Shown here piece after piece: positions 10,916-22,523 of a stretch of DNA of 64,000 nucleotides. This stretch comes from Candidatus Latescibacterota bacterium. GTDB lineage: Bacteria; Latescibacterota; CBDEFO01. The notes beneath the pieces were generated by a model. The model was not told where the DNA came from. It searched no databases and was given only the letters and a program-made list of their open reading frames with translations. The DNA lies in assembly GCA_965237525.1 (NCBI GenBank), contig CBDEFO010000007.1, positions 352,001 through 416,000 of the forward strand, given 5' to 3'. Within the stretch, counting starts at the first letter, position 1; each line of letters opens with the position of its first letter. A program made the translations under genes and the position numbers.

Positions 10916-13300
10916 TTATGACATTCTTCCAATTTTCCCTTTCAGTCCAATCGCGCGATCGACAGCGGAGAGGAAAGCTACCAAACCGAGGTTGGCTTCA
11001 TCTGTGTCTAAATGGTCACTTTCGGATTTCTTAACCAGGTACTTGTAGATTCCCAGAGAGAGGGCAATTGAGGCTACTTCCCCTTGTTCGTCTTCTTTAA
11101 GGGACGTTTTAACTCCCTCTTTCCAATCTTCTAACGTGTCTATCAGTCCCTCGAGGACTAATACAGCTTCGAGGTACCTTTCTCTTTGATAGGCATTTAT
11201 TGAGGCTTGGATAACCTGTCTTGTCTCTGCGCGCTCTCGTGGAGCAAGAAAGGAAGATCTGCTGCCAAGTCTGGCTCCTGCGGATTTTAGAAGGTCTGTT
11301 ACGTATAGGTCTCGTCTGTAGGCATCCAATCCTACTAATCTGTAGAAGGTCTTGCCGTCTCCTGCCATCTCTGCGATTGATGAGAGCAGTTGTCTTTTGA
11401 TTATGGGTGATTTGAGCTGGGGATAGGCATCAAAGCAGAGCCATACGATGTCCGTCTCTCCAAGCTCTGCAAGGGCGTCTACTACGACGGGGAGTATCTG
11501 ATGGTTTCTCCTTTCGTCCTGCGCCAATTTCTTGAGGGCATCTATTGCTTTTCTATCTCCGATCTTTCCCAGGGACATAACAGAGTTTATGCGGACCTGA
11601 AGGTCCGGGTCATATAGGTGGTCTATAAGGGGCTTTGTCCCTTCGTGAGAGCCTATCTGTCCTATCGCCCATGCTGCCTGGGGCTGTATGTTGGCTTCGG
11701 GGTCGTCCAGCTTTTCTATCAAGGCTGTTAGAGCTTTTTTGTGTCCTATCTCTCCCAGGGATCTTGCTGTCTGACGTCTGACTTCCTGGCTGGGGTCGTT
11801 CAGTGCTCTTATCAGGTCGTCCACAGCCAGGGGACTCTTCAGCACTCCCAGGATCCTTGCGGTTCTGAACCTGTCGCTTTCAGTATCGGACCTGGAGAAC
11901 AAGTACAGGTTGTAGAATACGCTGAAGGGGTTGGATGTCCACAGGTTTCTTATGACTTCGCCTGCTCCAACTTGGCTCGACTCTTTGACGTCGGGAAAGA
12001 AGTGTCCGCTGATAAGGGTCAAGGCAGAAGATAGCAAGAATATAATCTGAAGGCTCCCAACTGGGAAGTTTCCGATGGATAACTGCACCTCGGACAAGGC
12101 TTCGGCTAGGTATCCTCCCGCTATGGGGGCGATAAAGGCAGCTATTCCTGAGAACATGGCGTAGATAGCAATGTAGATAGATCTCCTCTTTTCGGGAGTG
12201 ACCCTTAAAAGTAGGTTGAAGGAGGTTAAGGTGATAGCTGCGGTGGACATGCCGCCAAGAATGTGGACTACGGGGATAAGCTGGTAGTTATCCTTTGTGT
12301 TGAACATCCACAGGATAGGCAGGAACATGGCGATTGAGGTGCTTATCTTGAGTATGGGTTTATTGCTGAATTTATCGGAGAGGAATCCCCAAAAAGGGTA
12401 TGAAAGGATGGTGCTCAGCGTTCCAAGGGCGGTAAAGAGGGCTATCGTGGAGTAGTTTATCTTAAGCTCTTCTATCATGAAGACGGCGTAAAAAGGAGCT
12501 GCGATTCCAGTGGCGAAGGACCAAAAGGCGATAAAGAGGGAGAACTTCAGGAAATTCTTATCCTGGAAGGGTATCTTCCAAAGATAAGATATACTCAAAT
12601 TCTCTTCTCTTTTTGCAGGAGGCTCAGGCCTTTGAAGGAAGAAGATAGTATCCAGTGCGATGAAGACAAAGGCGACTCCAAAGATTATTAGAAAGCCGTT
12701 GTATCCTTCGGGGAAGCCCTCAGGTCGACCGCTGAATTTGTCCAGGACTTTTCCGGCACCCAATGCGACCAGCATGCCCACTGCTCCGCCGACGGTGTTT
12801 CGTCTGCCGAAGAACCTGCCCCTCATATTTTCGGGCACCAGGTCGGAGGTCCATACCGTCCAGGCTGGTACTGCCATTGAAAAGGCGAGACTGGAGAGGA
12901 ATATAAGGGCTACTAAGGTGGTAATCCAGAGGTCTTGCGGGATAAAAAATGGTATGAAGATGGGCAGCGTCCACAGCGTTCTGAAGGTTTCGGCAAGTGA
13001 TACTACATAGGCTTTTCTGCGGCGGAGTTTCTCGACGAAGATGGACGCAACGGGCTGGAAGAGATTGGTCAGCGCCGGAAGGGAAGCAAGGATTCCTATC
13101 TGGAAATTAGAGGCTCCAAGAGTAAGCGCCAGCCCTGTGAAGAATACTCCGTTGGTGAGGCTGAACCAGCTTGTTCCGAATATACTCTGAAAGATGATCA
13201 GCCTCATCCCTTTGAGCATCTGGACTCTTGTAAGTTCGTTGCGAAGTTCTTCGGGTACTTCAGTTGGTCCAGGCTTGTTTCTCGGAAACTTACTTCTCAT
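10916..13300 (-). CDS. MFS transporter fused to C-terminal HEAT repeats
   Basis: About 12 hydrophobic helices (RGRFFGRR, WGFLSDKFSNK), then repeats such as LIRALNDPSQEVRRQTARSLGEIG. Confidence 0.85.
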   Translation of the reverse strand: MRSKFPRNKPGPTEVPEELRNELTRVQMLKGMRLIIFQSIFGTSWFSLTNGVFFTGLALTLGASNFQIGILASLPALTNLFQPVASIFVEKLRRRKAYVVSLAETFRTLWTLPIFIPFFIPQDLWITTLVALIFLSSLAFSMAVPAWTVWTSDLVPENMRGRFFGRRNTVGGAVGMLVALGAGKVLDKFSGRPEGFPEGYNGFLIIFGVAFVFIALDTIFFLQRPEPPAKREENLSISYLWKIPFQDKNFLKFSLFIAFWSFATGIAAPFYAVFMIEELKINYSTIALFTALGTLSTILSYPFWGFLSDKFSNKPILKISTSIAMFLPILWMFNTKDNYQLIPVVHILGGMSTAAITLTSFNLLLRVTPEKRRSIYIAIYAMFSGIAAFIAPIAGGYLAEALSEVQLSIGNFPVGSLQIIFLLSSALTLISGHFFPDVKESSQVGAGEVIRNLWTSNPFSVFYNLYLFSRSDTESDRFRTARILGVLKSPLAVDDLIRALNDPSQEVRRQTARSLGEIGHKKALTALIEKLDDPEANIQPQAAWAIGQIGSHEGTKPLIDHLYDPDLQVRINSVMSLGKIGDRKAIDALKKLAQDERRNHQILPVVVDALAELGETDIVWLCFDAYPQLKSPIIKRQLLSSIAEMAGDGKTFYRLVGLDAYRRDLYVTDLLKSAGARLGSRSSFLAPRERAETRQVIQASINAYQRERYLEAVLVLEGLIDTLEDWKEGVKTSLKEDEQGEVASIALSLGIYKYLVKKSESDHLDTDEANLGLVAFLSAVDRAIGLKGKIGRMS

Positions 13301-13751
13301 CGGTCTTATTGGAATCGTTCAAATTGTCCTCCTTCTCACCTTCTATGGTTTGGTGGGACCATGCTGTTCCCCTGCGGGGAGTATAGAGTACTTTTTCCTT
13401 CTCTTCCTTTTCCTTACAGGGGTGGCACAGGCTTGCAGTTGGAATTGCTTCTAATCTGTCTTTGCCTATGTCGCTGCCGCATACTTCGCACGTGCCATAT
13501 GTTTTGTCTTCTATCTTTTCTAACGCTAAATCGATGTCGTTGAGTTCTATCCTGTTGCTATCTCCAAGCGCCATCAGCAGTTCCAGGGAGGACGATACTG
13601 ACGCACTATCGGTGGCTGTGTCGGCCTGATCGGAGGGACGCTCATGCTGAAGCTGTCTAATATTCTCCTCCTGGAAGTCAATTCCCTTTATGATCTCCTG
13701 TTGACGTTCCAGCAGAAGTTTCTTATAGAATTGTAACTCCTTTTTCTTCAT
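13290..13751 (-). CDS. dksA: TraR/DksA family C4 zinc-finger protein
   Basis: SDQADTA; YGTCEVCG..I.KDRLEAIPTASLCHPC; GGAGG RBS before ATG 13751. Confidence 0.75.
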   Translation of the reverse strand: MKKKELQFYKKLLLERQQEIIKGIDFQEENIRQLQHERPSDQADTATDSASVSSSLELLMALGDSNRIELNDIDLALEKIEDKTYGTCEVCGSDIGKDRLEAIPTASLCHPCKEKEEKEKVLYTPRRGTAWSHQTIEGEKEDNLNDSNKTDEK

Positions 13752-14031
13752 CAAAACCTCCAATAGAAAACCTGCCGAATCCTCCCCTAAAAGTTCTTTC
13801 GATACTTTTTGGAGGCCCCTTTCATCGTGGGGAGAAAAGCAAAATTACAGTCAATATGAATTGTCAGAAAATAATAACGCCTGAGCTCCAAAAAAGATCC
13901 TGATCTTTTTTCAAAAAAAGTTCTTTCAACATTCTTTGGGACTTCGATTAGAATTTCATGGATATTGCGCCCAAATAAAGGATAATGCCGATCAGTTGTC
14001 AAGTAAAGGTTTTCTCTCCTGTTTCGTATTA

Positions 14032-14307
14032 TTCCCTAACTCTTTGTCTTATTTGGAGATAAAGGCTATTGACTTTCTTCTTGTTCCGTGTTACTTTATG
14101 GTATTCCCGTCTGTTCCAGTAGAAATTTAGTAGAAGTTTGGTAGAAAAGTCAAGGTCAATCGCTTCGACAACTTCAAAGAAGTAATGCCAGAGGACAAGA
14201 TGGACCGCAGGGATATTCCAGTGGATCGATGACTACAACAGAAAGCGTTTCCATTGGTCCCTGGGATGCAGAACTCCACAAGAACGGGAAAGAAGATTTT
14301 ATCTGCT
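14032..14307 (+). repeat. ~275-bp island-end repeat, copy 1 (arm-type repeats plus IS3-family transposase C-terminal remnant)
   Basis: Diverged copy at 22524-22797. Translates to IFQWIDDYNRKRFHWSLGCRTP, an IS3-type YN..R.H..LGY.TP motif. Confidence 0.75.
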
Positions 14308-14470
14308 CCTTCAGGGTGCTCAATAGATGTCGACTTTCTGGGGGTCACTATACATCCTCTATCATTTTCTGCTTTTATCTGGAAATGGGAATAGATTTTA
14401 TCAAGCACCTTATCTTGGGATAGTTATGTCTAGTTTAGCTATGGATGGAGCAGTTGTATAAGGAGGGACT

Positions 14471-17191
14471 ATGAGGCCCGCAACAGAGCTTGCCTGGGTA
14501 CACAGAGGCTTTGAGGAGTTTTCCAAAGGCTCATTCGACAATGGGGGAGATAACCTCTATGTGAACGCCAGGGGAACCATAGAAACGATCCACAGGTTTG
14601 ATGTCAATAACGACGGCTATGTGGACATTGTGTTCCCCAACTCGCATGGCTACATCGAGCGCGGACCCACATGGATTTACACCCAGGCAGAGGGCAGAGA
14701 CTGGCCCAGGCACGAGCTGCCTAACGACAGTGGGTGGATGAGTCGGGTCGTGGATGTCGACGGCGATGGGTACCTCGACCTGATCGTAGTGAATGCGGAG
14801 AACGGCGTTACATCGGAGCTGGACTCGTACATTTACTGGGGCGGCGCTGACGGGCTGAGCGGAGATCGCACCGAGCTTCCTACTGCAGGCGCGTACGATG
14901 TGGCCCTCTTTGACCTCACGGGTAACGGGTGCTTAGACATCATCCTGCCATCGGCATGGGTCGACCACCACAACGCGGGAAAACCCCGACTCATGCACGT
15001 GTATGAGCAGGTAGAGCCACGCAGGTTCAGAGACGCATCAGAGCGCTACGGGCTTCTCGGCGTCGCGGCCCTCTCGGTCGCCTGCGAAGACCTGAACGGA
15101 GACGGCTGGCCTGATCTTGTTGTGGCCAACTACCGCGAGGAATTCGAGTACGATATCGACTCTTTCATTTACTGGGGAACAGAAGACGGCTTTGACACTA
15201 TTTCGCCTCTCATGCTTCCCTCTCATTATGCTATGCAGGTTGTTCTGAGCGATCTGAATGGAGACGGGGCTAAGGAGGTCATCTTCACCGGAGGGAACAG
15301 GATCTATATCTACTGGAACAGGGGAGGCAGCTTTCGTCCCGACGACCTCACGGTTCTGGAAGCCGAAGGCAACACCACCATGTTCAGCCGGGGCGCAATA
15401 CGTGTGGAAGTAGCCGATGTGGATGGCGACGGCAGGAACGAGCTTGTCCTTGCCACGCTGGAAGGAGTAGAGATACGGGCACAGGACGACCTGCACAACG
15501 TGGCGGCCCTGCTGCCGATGAAGTACTGTAGCTGGGTGGAGAGCGCTGACCTCGACGGTGACGGACGGCTCGACTTGTTGACGTCCAGGTACCAGAACGG
15601 AAAGACATATGAGTCTGAATCGGCTGTTTTCTGGAACGGCCCGGAAGGATTCTCGTGCAACCGCGCCACCTGGCTTTCCACGGCGGGTGCAGTGGGCTGC
15701 ACCGCGGGAGACCTGGACGGCGATGGTAGACCAGAGATCATTTTCAACAATACACTTCGCGGCCCGTCCCAGTTCGATCCGGATTTTCCTGTATATGTCT
15801 ATCTCGGTAACGAGGGATGCGAGTACGACCCTTCTCGGAGGCTGGAGCTTCCGACAGGAGGGGAAGCCAACACCTATGCATTGGCTGATCTGGATCTGGA
15901 CGGTTATGCTGATCTAGCGTTTACGTCGCCGGAAGGCCTCCGGGTATTTCACGGCGGCCCCGACGGACTGGTGCCGGACAGGTACTCCATCTTGCCATGC
16001 CAAGCGCAGAAGATTCACTACGTGCTGGTCGGTGACTTCAACCGCGACGGCTGGCTGGACTTGCTTGCAGTCGCCTACACCTACGACGACAAGCCCGAGA
16101 CCATGGCCAACTCGTCGGTGATCTTCTACGGCGCACCTTCCGGATTTTCCCCCGAGCGTTCAACCGTACTGCCGACATATTGCGGCGGAAACGCTCAGCT
16201 CGCCGACGTCAACAAAGACGGCTGGCTCGACATCATCGTCTATAACAAACGAGGATACCTGTCGATGTACCTTGGAGGTCCTGACGGATACTCTGAAGAG
16301 AGGATCTGGAAGGTCCCCCTCAAAGGATCCGGTGCAGGCGGCGTGGCCGCCATCACCTGCGCCGACCTGAATGCCAATGGATGGCTGGACTTGATCGCGG
16401 TGGTCATGGGTCACTACACCCGCGACGACAGCGGATTCTACATCCTTTATGGGGGCCCTGATGGTTATTCCCAGGACAGAATCGAATTCCATCCCACAGA
16501 CGCTTCAAGCATCCTGGTATCCGTTGCGGATCTCAACAACGATGGGAACTTGGACCTCCTTGTCCCGGCTTATTCGACTAAGTTCTCCCGGGAGTTGCCA
16601 GCCTACATCTTCTGGGGTGATGGAAAGAGTTTCGACTTCGCGAATCCCCTGGTGATCCCCTGCGATTCCTCGTGTGCTTTCATGGCTGTTGACATAACTG
16701 GCAATGGGTACCTCGACCTGTTTACGGTCTGCCACCGCAATGATCTGGGACACCAGGTGGACTCCCTGCTCTTCTGGAACGGACCTGAGGGGATTTCATT
16801 CGACCGGGTGACCCGTTTGCCGGGTCTGGGACCCCATCTTGTATCTCCACGGGACTTCGGAAATGCCTACACCCGTGAGCCGCACGAGAATTATCTTTCC
16901 CCGGCCTACGATATGAATGGCGCCAAGCCGGTCAGGTTGAGCTGGAAGGCGGAGAAGCCTGAAAAAACGCAGCTCAGGTTCCAGCTTCGCTGGGCGGCGA
17001 GCCAAGACAAGCTTAAAAGTGTCCACTGGAAAGGACCGGCAGGGGAGGGAAGTTTCTATGAAGAGTCAGGGGAGCAGATCAATGGAGTGGATAGGGGTGC
17101 CAGATGGCTGCAGTACAAGGCGACGCTGGTTTACCTGAACGGCTGCCGTTCGCCGAAGCTGGAGGAAGTCCGCGTGGATTTCGAACGGTAA
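14471..17191 (+). CDS. FG-GAP/VCBS repeat beta-propeller protein
   Basis: Many DxNGDGxxDL repeats; AGGAGG RBS. Confidence 0.9.
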   Translation: MRPATELAWVHRGFEEFSKGSFDNGGDNLYVNARGTIETIHRFDVNNDGYVDIVFPNSHGYIERGPTWIYTQAEGRDWPRHELPNDSGWMSRVVDVDGDGYLDLIVVNAENGVTSELDSYIYWGGADGLSGDRTELPTAGAYDVALFDLTGNGCLDIILPSAWVDHHNAGKPRLMHVYEQVEPRRFRDASERYGLLGVAALSVACEDLNGDGWPDLVVANYREEFEYDIDSFIYWGTEDGFDTISPLMLPSHYAMQVVLSDLNGDGAKEVIFTGGNRIYIYWNRGGSFRPDDLTVLEAEGNTTMFSRGAIRVEVADVDGDGRNELVLATLEGVEIRAQDDLHNVAALLPMKYCSWVESADLDGDGRLDLLTSRYQNGKTYESESAVFWNGPEGFSCNRATWLSTAGAVGCTAGDLDGDGRPEIIFNNTLRGPSQFDPDFPVYVYLGNEGCEYDPSRRLELPTGGEANTYALADLDLDGYADLAFTSPEGLRVFHGGPDGLVPDRYSILPCQAQKIHYVLVGDFNRDGWLDLLAVAYTYDDKPETMANSSVIFYGAPSGFSPERSTVLPTYCGGNAQLADVNKDGWLDIIVYNKRGYLSMYLGGPDGYSEERIWKVPLKGSGAGGVAAITCADLNANGWLDLIAVVMGHYTRDDSGFYILYGGPDGYSQDRIEFHPTDASSILVSVADLNNDGNLDLLVPAYSTKFSRELPAYIFWGDGKSFDFANPLVIPCDSSCAFMAVDITGNGYLDLFTVCHRNDLGHQVDSLLFWNGPEGISFDRVTRLPGLGPHLVSPRDFGNAYTREPHENYLSPAYDMNGAKPVRLSWKAEKPEKTQLRFQLRWAASQDKLKSVHWKGPAGEGSFYEESGEQINGVDRGARWLQYKATLVYLNGCRSPKLEEVRVDFER

Positions 17192-17515
17192 GAGGCTGGA
17201 CGTGTAGCTCCATCGACGAGCTATGAATTGGCTTGTACAGAAGAAAGTATACAGTCTGTATATAATTCCTACAAAACTTATGATAATTATGACTTAACAG
17301 AATGATATTTTTAATATTACAGGTTTTTTCTTAATATTTCAGTGGTGTCTTATATAGCTCAAATAGCTGTATATTAGGTTCTTAGCATAGAAAACTGTAT
17401 ATGCCTTAGGTATGCTCCCTTGAGATAGGGCCATTGCAAGGGAGCAGGCTGATATTTTTTAAAGTGTTTGGATTCCTCTAACCAGATGCATCGAAAGTAA
17501 GAAAGGAGGTGTGTC

Positions 17516-18637
17516 ATGTTTAGCTTTATACAGCTATTTGTCAGCAGGACTATCCCTTTCTTGCTACTTGTGCTAGTGCCAGCGATTTGTTTGGCACGGA
17601 TGGCCCAGGGCGAGGCCAATCAGACCGTGCAAGCTGATCCACCATTCTCGGGCACTATCTTCATCGACCCGGACATCATCACCTCGTCAGACCCGACCAC
17701 GTTTCAGAGGGTCTCGTACTCCGGGCAGGGTTCTCGAAGGATGTTTGACCGACGAGTCAATAACTGGATCACTGTGAATGCATACGTGTTCAACGCAAGC
17801 TTTGACGACGGACTGACCGCCGAGATTCAGGTCAATCCGGAATTCGGCAGCTCTTCTGCTGCTTTGGGGGAGGCGCAGAAGTACGGGTGGGTAATCGGTC
17901 AACTGCCGACCACGCTTCGAGCCGACACGCAGACTGTCTGGATTCACAAAGGCACTCAGCCATTTGGAGGCGGGAACAATAATCTGCTCATCCATACCGG
18001 CCAGGCCGACCTCTACGAGGATGACGGTATTCTTGAGGAGACATTGTTTCACGAGGCGGCGCACACGTCGCTCGACGCAGATCACGCCGCCGCATCCGGT
18101 TGGCTAGCCGCCCAGACTGACGATGGCGAGTTCATCTCCACGTATGCGAGCGATTTTCCAGACCGAGAAGATATTGCAGAGAGCTTCCTAGTCTATTTGG
18201 CGGTGCGTTATCGGTCAGATCGGATATCCCAGTCACTTGAAGAGAGGATATTGCAGACAATCCCAAACCGGATTTCCTACTTTGACAATCAATCATTCGA
18301 TATGTATCCGATCGATTCGGCAAGTGTAGTCATAGAGGGAGTTGGTTATGAAGTGCCGAAGGAATTCGCCCTATCCCAGAATTATCCCAATCCATTCAAC
18401 CCCCAGACAGTGATCCATTACGATCTTCTTGTCCAAAGTCATGTTAATATATCTCTCTTTAATATTATGGGACAGAAGGTTACGACATTGGTGGACGGTT
18501 ATAGATCAGCTGGCAGTTACTGTGTAGTATGGAATGGAAAAGATAACAATCAAAAGAACCTTGCCAGCGGAGTGTATCTGTATCGGATGGAGGCGGATGG
18601 ATTTGTGCAGACGAGGAAGCTGTTAATAGCGAAATAG
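17516..18637 (+). CDS. Secreted zincin-like (HExxH) protein with C-terminal FlgD-Ig/T9SS-type sorting domain
   Basis: Signal peptide; LFHEAAH with downstream EDIAESF; C-terminal QNYPNPFNP...LASGVYLYRM. Confidence 0.8.
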   Translation: MFSFIQLFVSRTIPFLLLVLVPAICLARMAQGEANQTVQADPPFSGTIFIDPDIITSSDPTTFQRVSYSGQGSRRMFDRRVNNWITVNAYVFNASFDDGLTAEIQVNPEFGSSSAALGEAQKYGWVIGQLPTTLRADTQTVWIHKGTQPFGGGNNNLLIHTGQADLYEDDGILEETLFHEAAHTSLDADHAAASGWLAAQTDDGEFISTYASDFPDREDIAESFLVYLAVRYRSDRISQSLEERILQTIPNRISYFDNQSFDMYPIDSASVVIEGVGYEVPKEFALSQNYPNPFNPQTVIHYDLLVQSHVNISLFNIMGQKVTTLVDGYRSAGSYCVVWNGKDNNQKNLASGVYLYRMEADGFVQTRKLLIAK

Positions 18638-19425
18638 AGTCTGTCGGCAGAATCGTCATCTAATAACCCAGAAATCGCTTCATATATGCCAGTGGGGGAA
18701 TATATCATCAGTGTCAAAAGAATAGATTCTACAGTGATATCCCCCCTGTGCAGGCGTTATCGGATTATTTCTGGGAAGAGTCTGTAGTGGTCCAGATGTT
18801 CTTTAACTTATAGCCAAGTTCTTGTGGGATCCCTTTAAAAGGAAGGAAAAGCGTGGTAGCAGCTTGGGAGTGGAGGAGCTTTTTATACAGAGCCCGAGAG
18901 TTTGACATCAACACCGTAAGATACACCGATCCTCGAGGAGGAGCTATCAACTTTTGGGTGGGTCCGGATCAGGACCTACGCGTTTGATTAAAATTAAAAT
19001 GTTGGGATGTCAGGAGTAGTCTTTCACCGAAAGGGATGTATATCTGAAGTTCGGATATCACACCTAAATAGAAAGATATGAGAAATACTTCGTATATAAG
19101 CAAGTTACCTGCCATTGTGACCTGACCCCACCCAGAAGATAGCGAAAAATCACCTCATGAACGATTCATTAGTGCAGGATTTTGCGATAATGAAAGCGAC
19201 AGGTGAGATCTTGTGGGCGCCCATCATCCCGTGCTTCATATCGTCCAGGTGGAAACTAGCGTTTGGCCTGTTGCCGACTTTCTGGTCTGCCGGGCATATG
19301 TCTGATGCTGATCTGCGTTCTGCACTTTGTCTAATCATTGGGCTGATTTACCAGGTTCTTTTGCTGGTTTTGCTGCTAAAGCGATTCAACCGAGTCGAGC
19401 GACATCAATCCAACGCATCCTACCA

Positions 19426-20083
19426 ATGACGATCAACGCATACTGTACCAGGAATCGGTTTGTGTTTCTGCTAATTGCGCTGGCAATTGTGCTTCTCGGT
19501 TATCCGTACCTGGCAGACACTCGAGTTGGAGCGTTTTTGGGTGGGATGATCTCGCTCGTTTTGATGATCGCGAGTGGGTACGCCGTTTGGGTTCGGAAGC
19601 GGGTGTTCTTCTTTGCGTGCGGGTTGATGTTAATTACGACTACTACTGAGTATTATGTCGCTCGTGGCAGGCAGCCGGGGGAATCCGCTGGTTGAGGGGG
19701 CATTCTCCGTTTTCTACGCGTATATGACAGTCGTTATTTTTCTGGAAGTTCTTGGGACAGATCAGGTTCGCCGGGATACCATCTATGGCGCAGTATGTGT
19801 CTACCTGCTCATTGGGTTAACGTTTGGGTCGCTGTATGACTTGATCGAGACCCTGTATCCTGGCTCCTTCAGGGCTAACGTAATTGCAGATCCAGCGCAA
19901 CATCTGGGGTGGCGAAAGCTGATCTTTTACAGCTTCATGACCCTTACGACAGTTGGGTACGGGGATATTACACCGGTTACTTCTCCAGCACAATCGCTGG
20001 CTATTGCCGAGGGTACCCTGGGCGTGCTCTATGTGGCTGTTTTGATTGCGCGCATAGTTGGAATTTACATCAGCTCAAAATGA
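19426..20083 (+). pseudogene. Potassium channel family (Ion_trans_2) protein, frameshifted near 19645
   Basis: YSFMTLTTVGYGDITP selectivity filter in the downstream frame; the TM N-terminus is in another frame. Confidence 0.75.
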
Positions 20084-20133
20084 GAACTAGTAGGATGTCG
20101 GCTTGAATCTTTACAATTTCTAAGGAGAGTCTT

Positions 20134-20345
20134 ATGGCTACCAAGAAAATCAGATATACCGGGTTGGGTCATATGGGTGGAGGAATGACTGAACATCTGT
20201 TGAAGAACGGCTTCACAGTAACAGTATAAGACGTAAACCCCAACGCTATAGCTTCTCTCCAAAGACCAGGGTCCTTGACGGCAGGCTCATCGAAAGCGAA
20301 TCCCCCTGTGTAGAAGAGATCTTACAGATATGCAGGCAGCGAAAT
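20134..20345 (+). pseudogene. Remnant of a 3-hydroxyisobutyrate dehydrogenase-like oxidoreductase
   Basis: AAGGAG RBS, then MATKKIRYTGLGHMGGGMTEHLLKNGFTVTV-stop-DVNP. Confidence 0.55.
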
Positions 20346-20694
20346 AGAATTGGGGGAAATCAAGATGATCTAAACGAGTTGTATTGCAAAGACGATATGT
20401 TCTTCAGCCTAGCAAAACACATCGTGTTTACATCTGAGAAATCACCGGACTGGTGACTCAGGAGATTCTGCGAAGGTGTGGATAGTGCACCTTCCGACGG
20501 ACGGACACAGGGTCGCTGTCAAAATCGCACGGGTGCCAGCAGTTAGCGATAACCTTACGATCCACCGCACAAATTCATTGACACCCTCTGTCCAATTTTG
20601 TATCTTCCCTCCTCGTTAGCCTACTCCTTACGTAGCTACCAATCCGTCAGATTCCCCATAGAATTACTTAGCAAGAAAATAACGCAGTGTTGTG

Positions 20695-20739
20695 TTGACT
20701 GTGATAGAAATTGTCATTAGTATTAAAGGTAACGCTACA
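20695..20739 (+). promoter_or_regulatory. Sigma70-like promoter with downstream LacI-like operator
   Basis: TTGACT-17 nt-TAGTAT, followed by the near-palindrome GGTAACGCTACA. Confidence 0.35.
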
Positions 20740-21061
20740 GCATTAAGTTCCTTTATAACTGGCAGATGGTTATGATATTCGCACAATTGAGGAATTACTC
20801 GGCCATAAGGCTGTCAAAACGACAATGATTTATACTCACGTTCTAAACCGTGGTAGAAACGGAGTGGTCGAGGGCTAACTCTGTACGTCAACCAGGTAAC
20901 CAGGAGGTGACCATCAAGAGATGGGCATGTACGGGAGCTTTGATCAGCGGGTCAGACTGGGCTGTCTGACCGTGCAGAGCACTGTCCGTGTATTCGAGAA
21001 GCGGTATAGGTGAATTGTGTCTTTTTGGCGAGTAATCTTACTGCAAACGGAGGGTGTAACC

Positions 21062-21906
21062 ATGCTATCACCACAACAGGTCGAACACTACCACCGCGAG
21101 GGGTACAGCGTCTATCCGGGATTCCTGTCCGGGGGAGAGGTCGCGGCCTTTCACGCCGAGATGGAGGCCATCACCGCGGACAATACGCTTGCACATCACG
21201 ACAACACGCGTCTGGAGATGGAGCCGAAGCAGGCCCCGGATGGGACCCTGGTCCGGCGTATCTACGAGCCCTGCACTTACTACGAGCGCTTCCGGGAGTT
21301 CTCCGAATCGGACCGATTACTGGATTGTGTGGAGCAGTTACTCGGCTCGAATATCCTTTTCCATTACAGCAAAATTAACATGAAGCCTGCCGGGATCGGA
21401 TCACCCGTTGAATGGCATCAGGATCTCTCCTACTACCCCCTTACGAACCGGGACTCCGTCTCTATCCTCTTCTACCTGGGGATGACGCCACCGTGCAAAA
21501 CGGTTGCCTGCAGGTGATCCCACGTCGCCATCAGACATCCTTGATGGAGCATAGCTCTGACGGGCTTTTCCGCGGCAGGGTAACAGAGCCGGTGGACGCG
21601 ACGCAGGCGGTGCCGCTAGAAGGCGAAGTGGGCTCGGCCATCTTTATGAGCTGTATGACCCCGCACGCCTCTGTCACGAACACGTCAAGAGAGCCGCGTC
21701 GGACACTCATTCTGAGTTACCGGGCCGCGGATGCATACCTGATCTATTGTGGTGAGATAACGGGGTTTGTCGAAGAGCACGTCCGACTGGTGCGCGGTCA
21801 GCGCTCCCCTGTGGCCCGTCTCACGATGGACGAATTCCCAATTCCCCAGTATGAGAGTAAGCTCGTGTCACTCTATGAATTGCAGGAGCAGACCCGCGAC
21901 GATTGA
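21062..21906 (+). pseudogene. Phytanoyl-CoA dioxygenase (PhyH) family protein, frameshifted near 21478
   Basis: EWHQD motif, then DDATVQNGCLQVIP and PHAS..N in another frame; the shift lies in a G-run. Confidence 0.8.
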
Positions 21907-21951
21907 TGATCTGCTCACTGTCCCCAACGATGTTGTCAAGAATCGTTGACC

Positions 21952-21970
21952 CCCGATAGATTCAATCGGG
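21952..21970 (+). repeat. 19-bp palindromic micro-element
   Basis: CCCGATAGATTCAATCGGG. Confidence 0.85.
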
Positions 21971-22070
21971 TGTGACCCGTGTGAACGCTCTTATAAGGAA
22001 CCACACATGATTGAGATCTCGGCTACGACCCCGTTTGCCGCACCGCCCACGTGGGCGGTACTGGAACGAC

Positions 22071-22128
22071 TGGACTTAGACGCTAAAATAAGCTTGGATT
22101 AAATTTAGCCAAACCGTTACCAACTTCT
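22071..22128 (+). repeat. Putative mobile-element end, copy 1
   Basis: TGGACTTAGACG(C/T)TAAAATAAGC.. shared with 29432-29489; truncates an ORF starting at 22007. Confidence 0.5.
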
Positions 22129-22523
22129 GCCAGTTGAAAACTTTAGCCCCAATGCCACACGATTGACCGAAAGGATTTTAAGGTTAGCTTGGGATGAACG
22201 TGTGCCTTACATGCCTTTCGTGTCTCTTCCCAAAAGTCAGATTGACTCAAGTTTCTATAATTGCTTATTTATCATAATCCTATATCTGATTGAGACCATC
22301 TGATTCGGCACAGAATAAATAAAGAAATAGAAAAATTTAAGCAAGACACTCCTGCCTTGCTGAATCAAAAACTTTGTACAACTCAACAGCTCTATGCTTA
22401 AACCTCTCTGCTTTGCCAATCATCTCTTCTACCTTATATCTCTGTGCCAAAATCTTCACAGCAAGCCCTGCAAGAGCATCTGACTTGTAGTCAGATATGG
22501 TTTTTCCTTTCGGTTTAATGTGT

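Noticed and set aside
13975..14006. att core as a dif site
   Set aside because: Spacing between ATAA and the TGTCAAGT half does not fit the 6-bp dif core.
14471..17191. Repeated GACGGCGA..G..CTCGAC-like DNA motifs
   Set aside because: Explained by the FG-GAP protein repeats.
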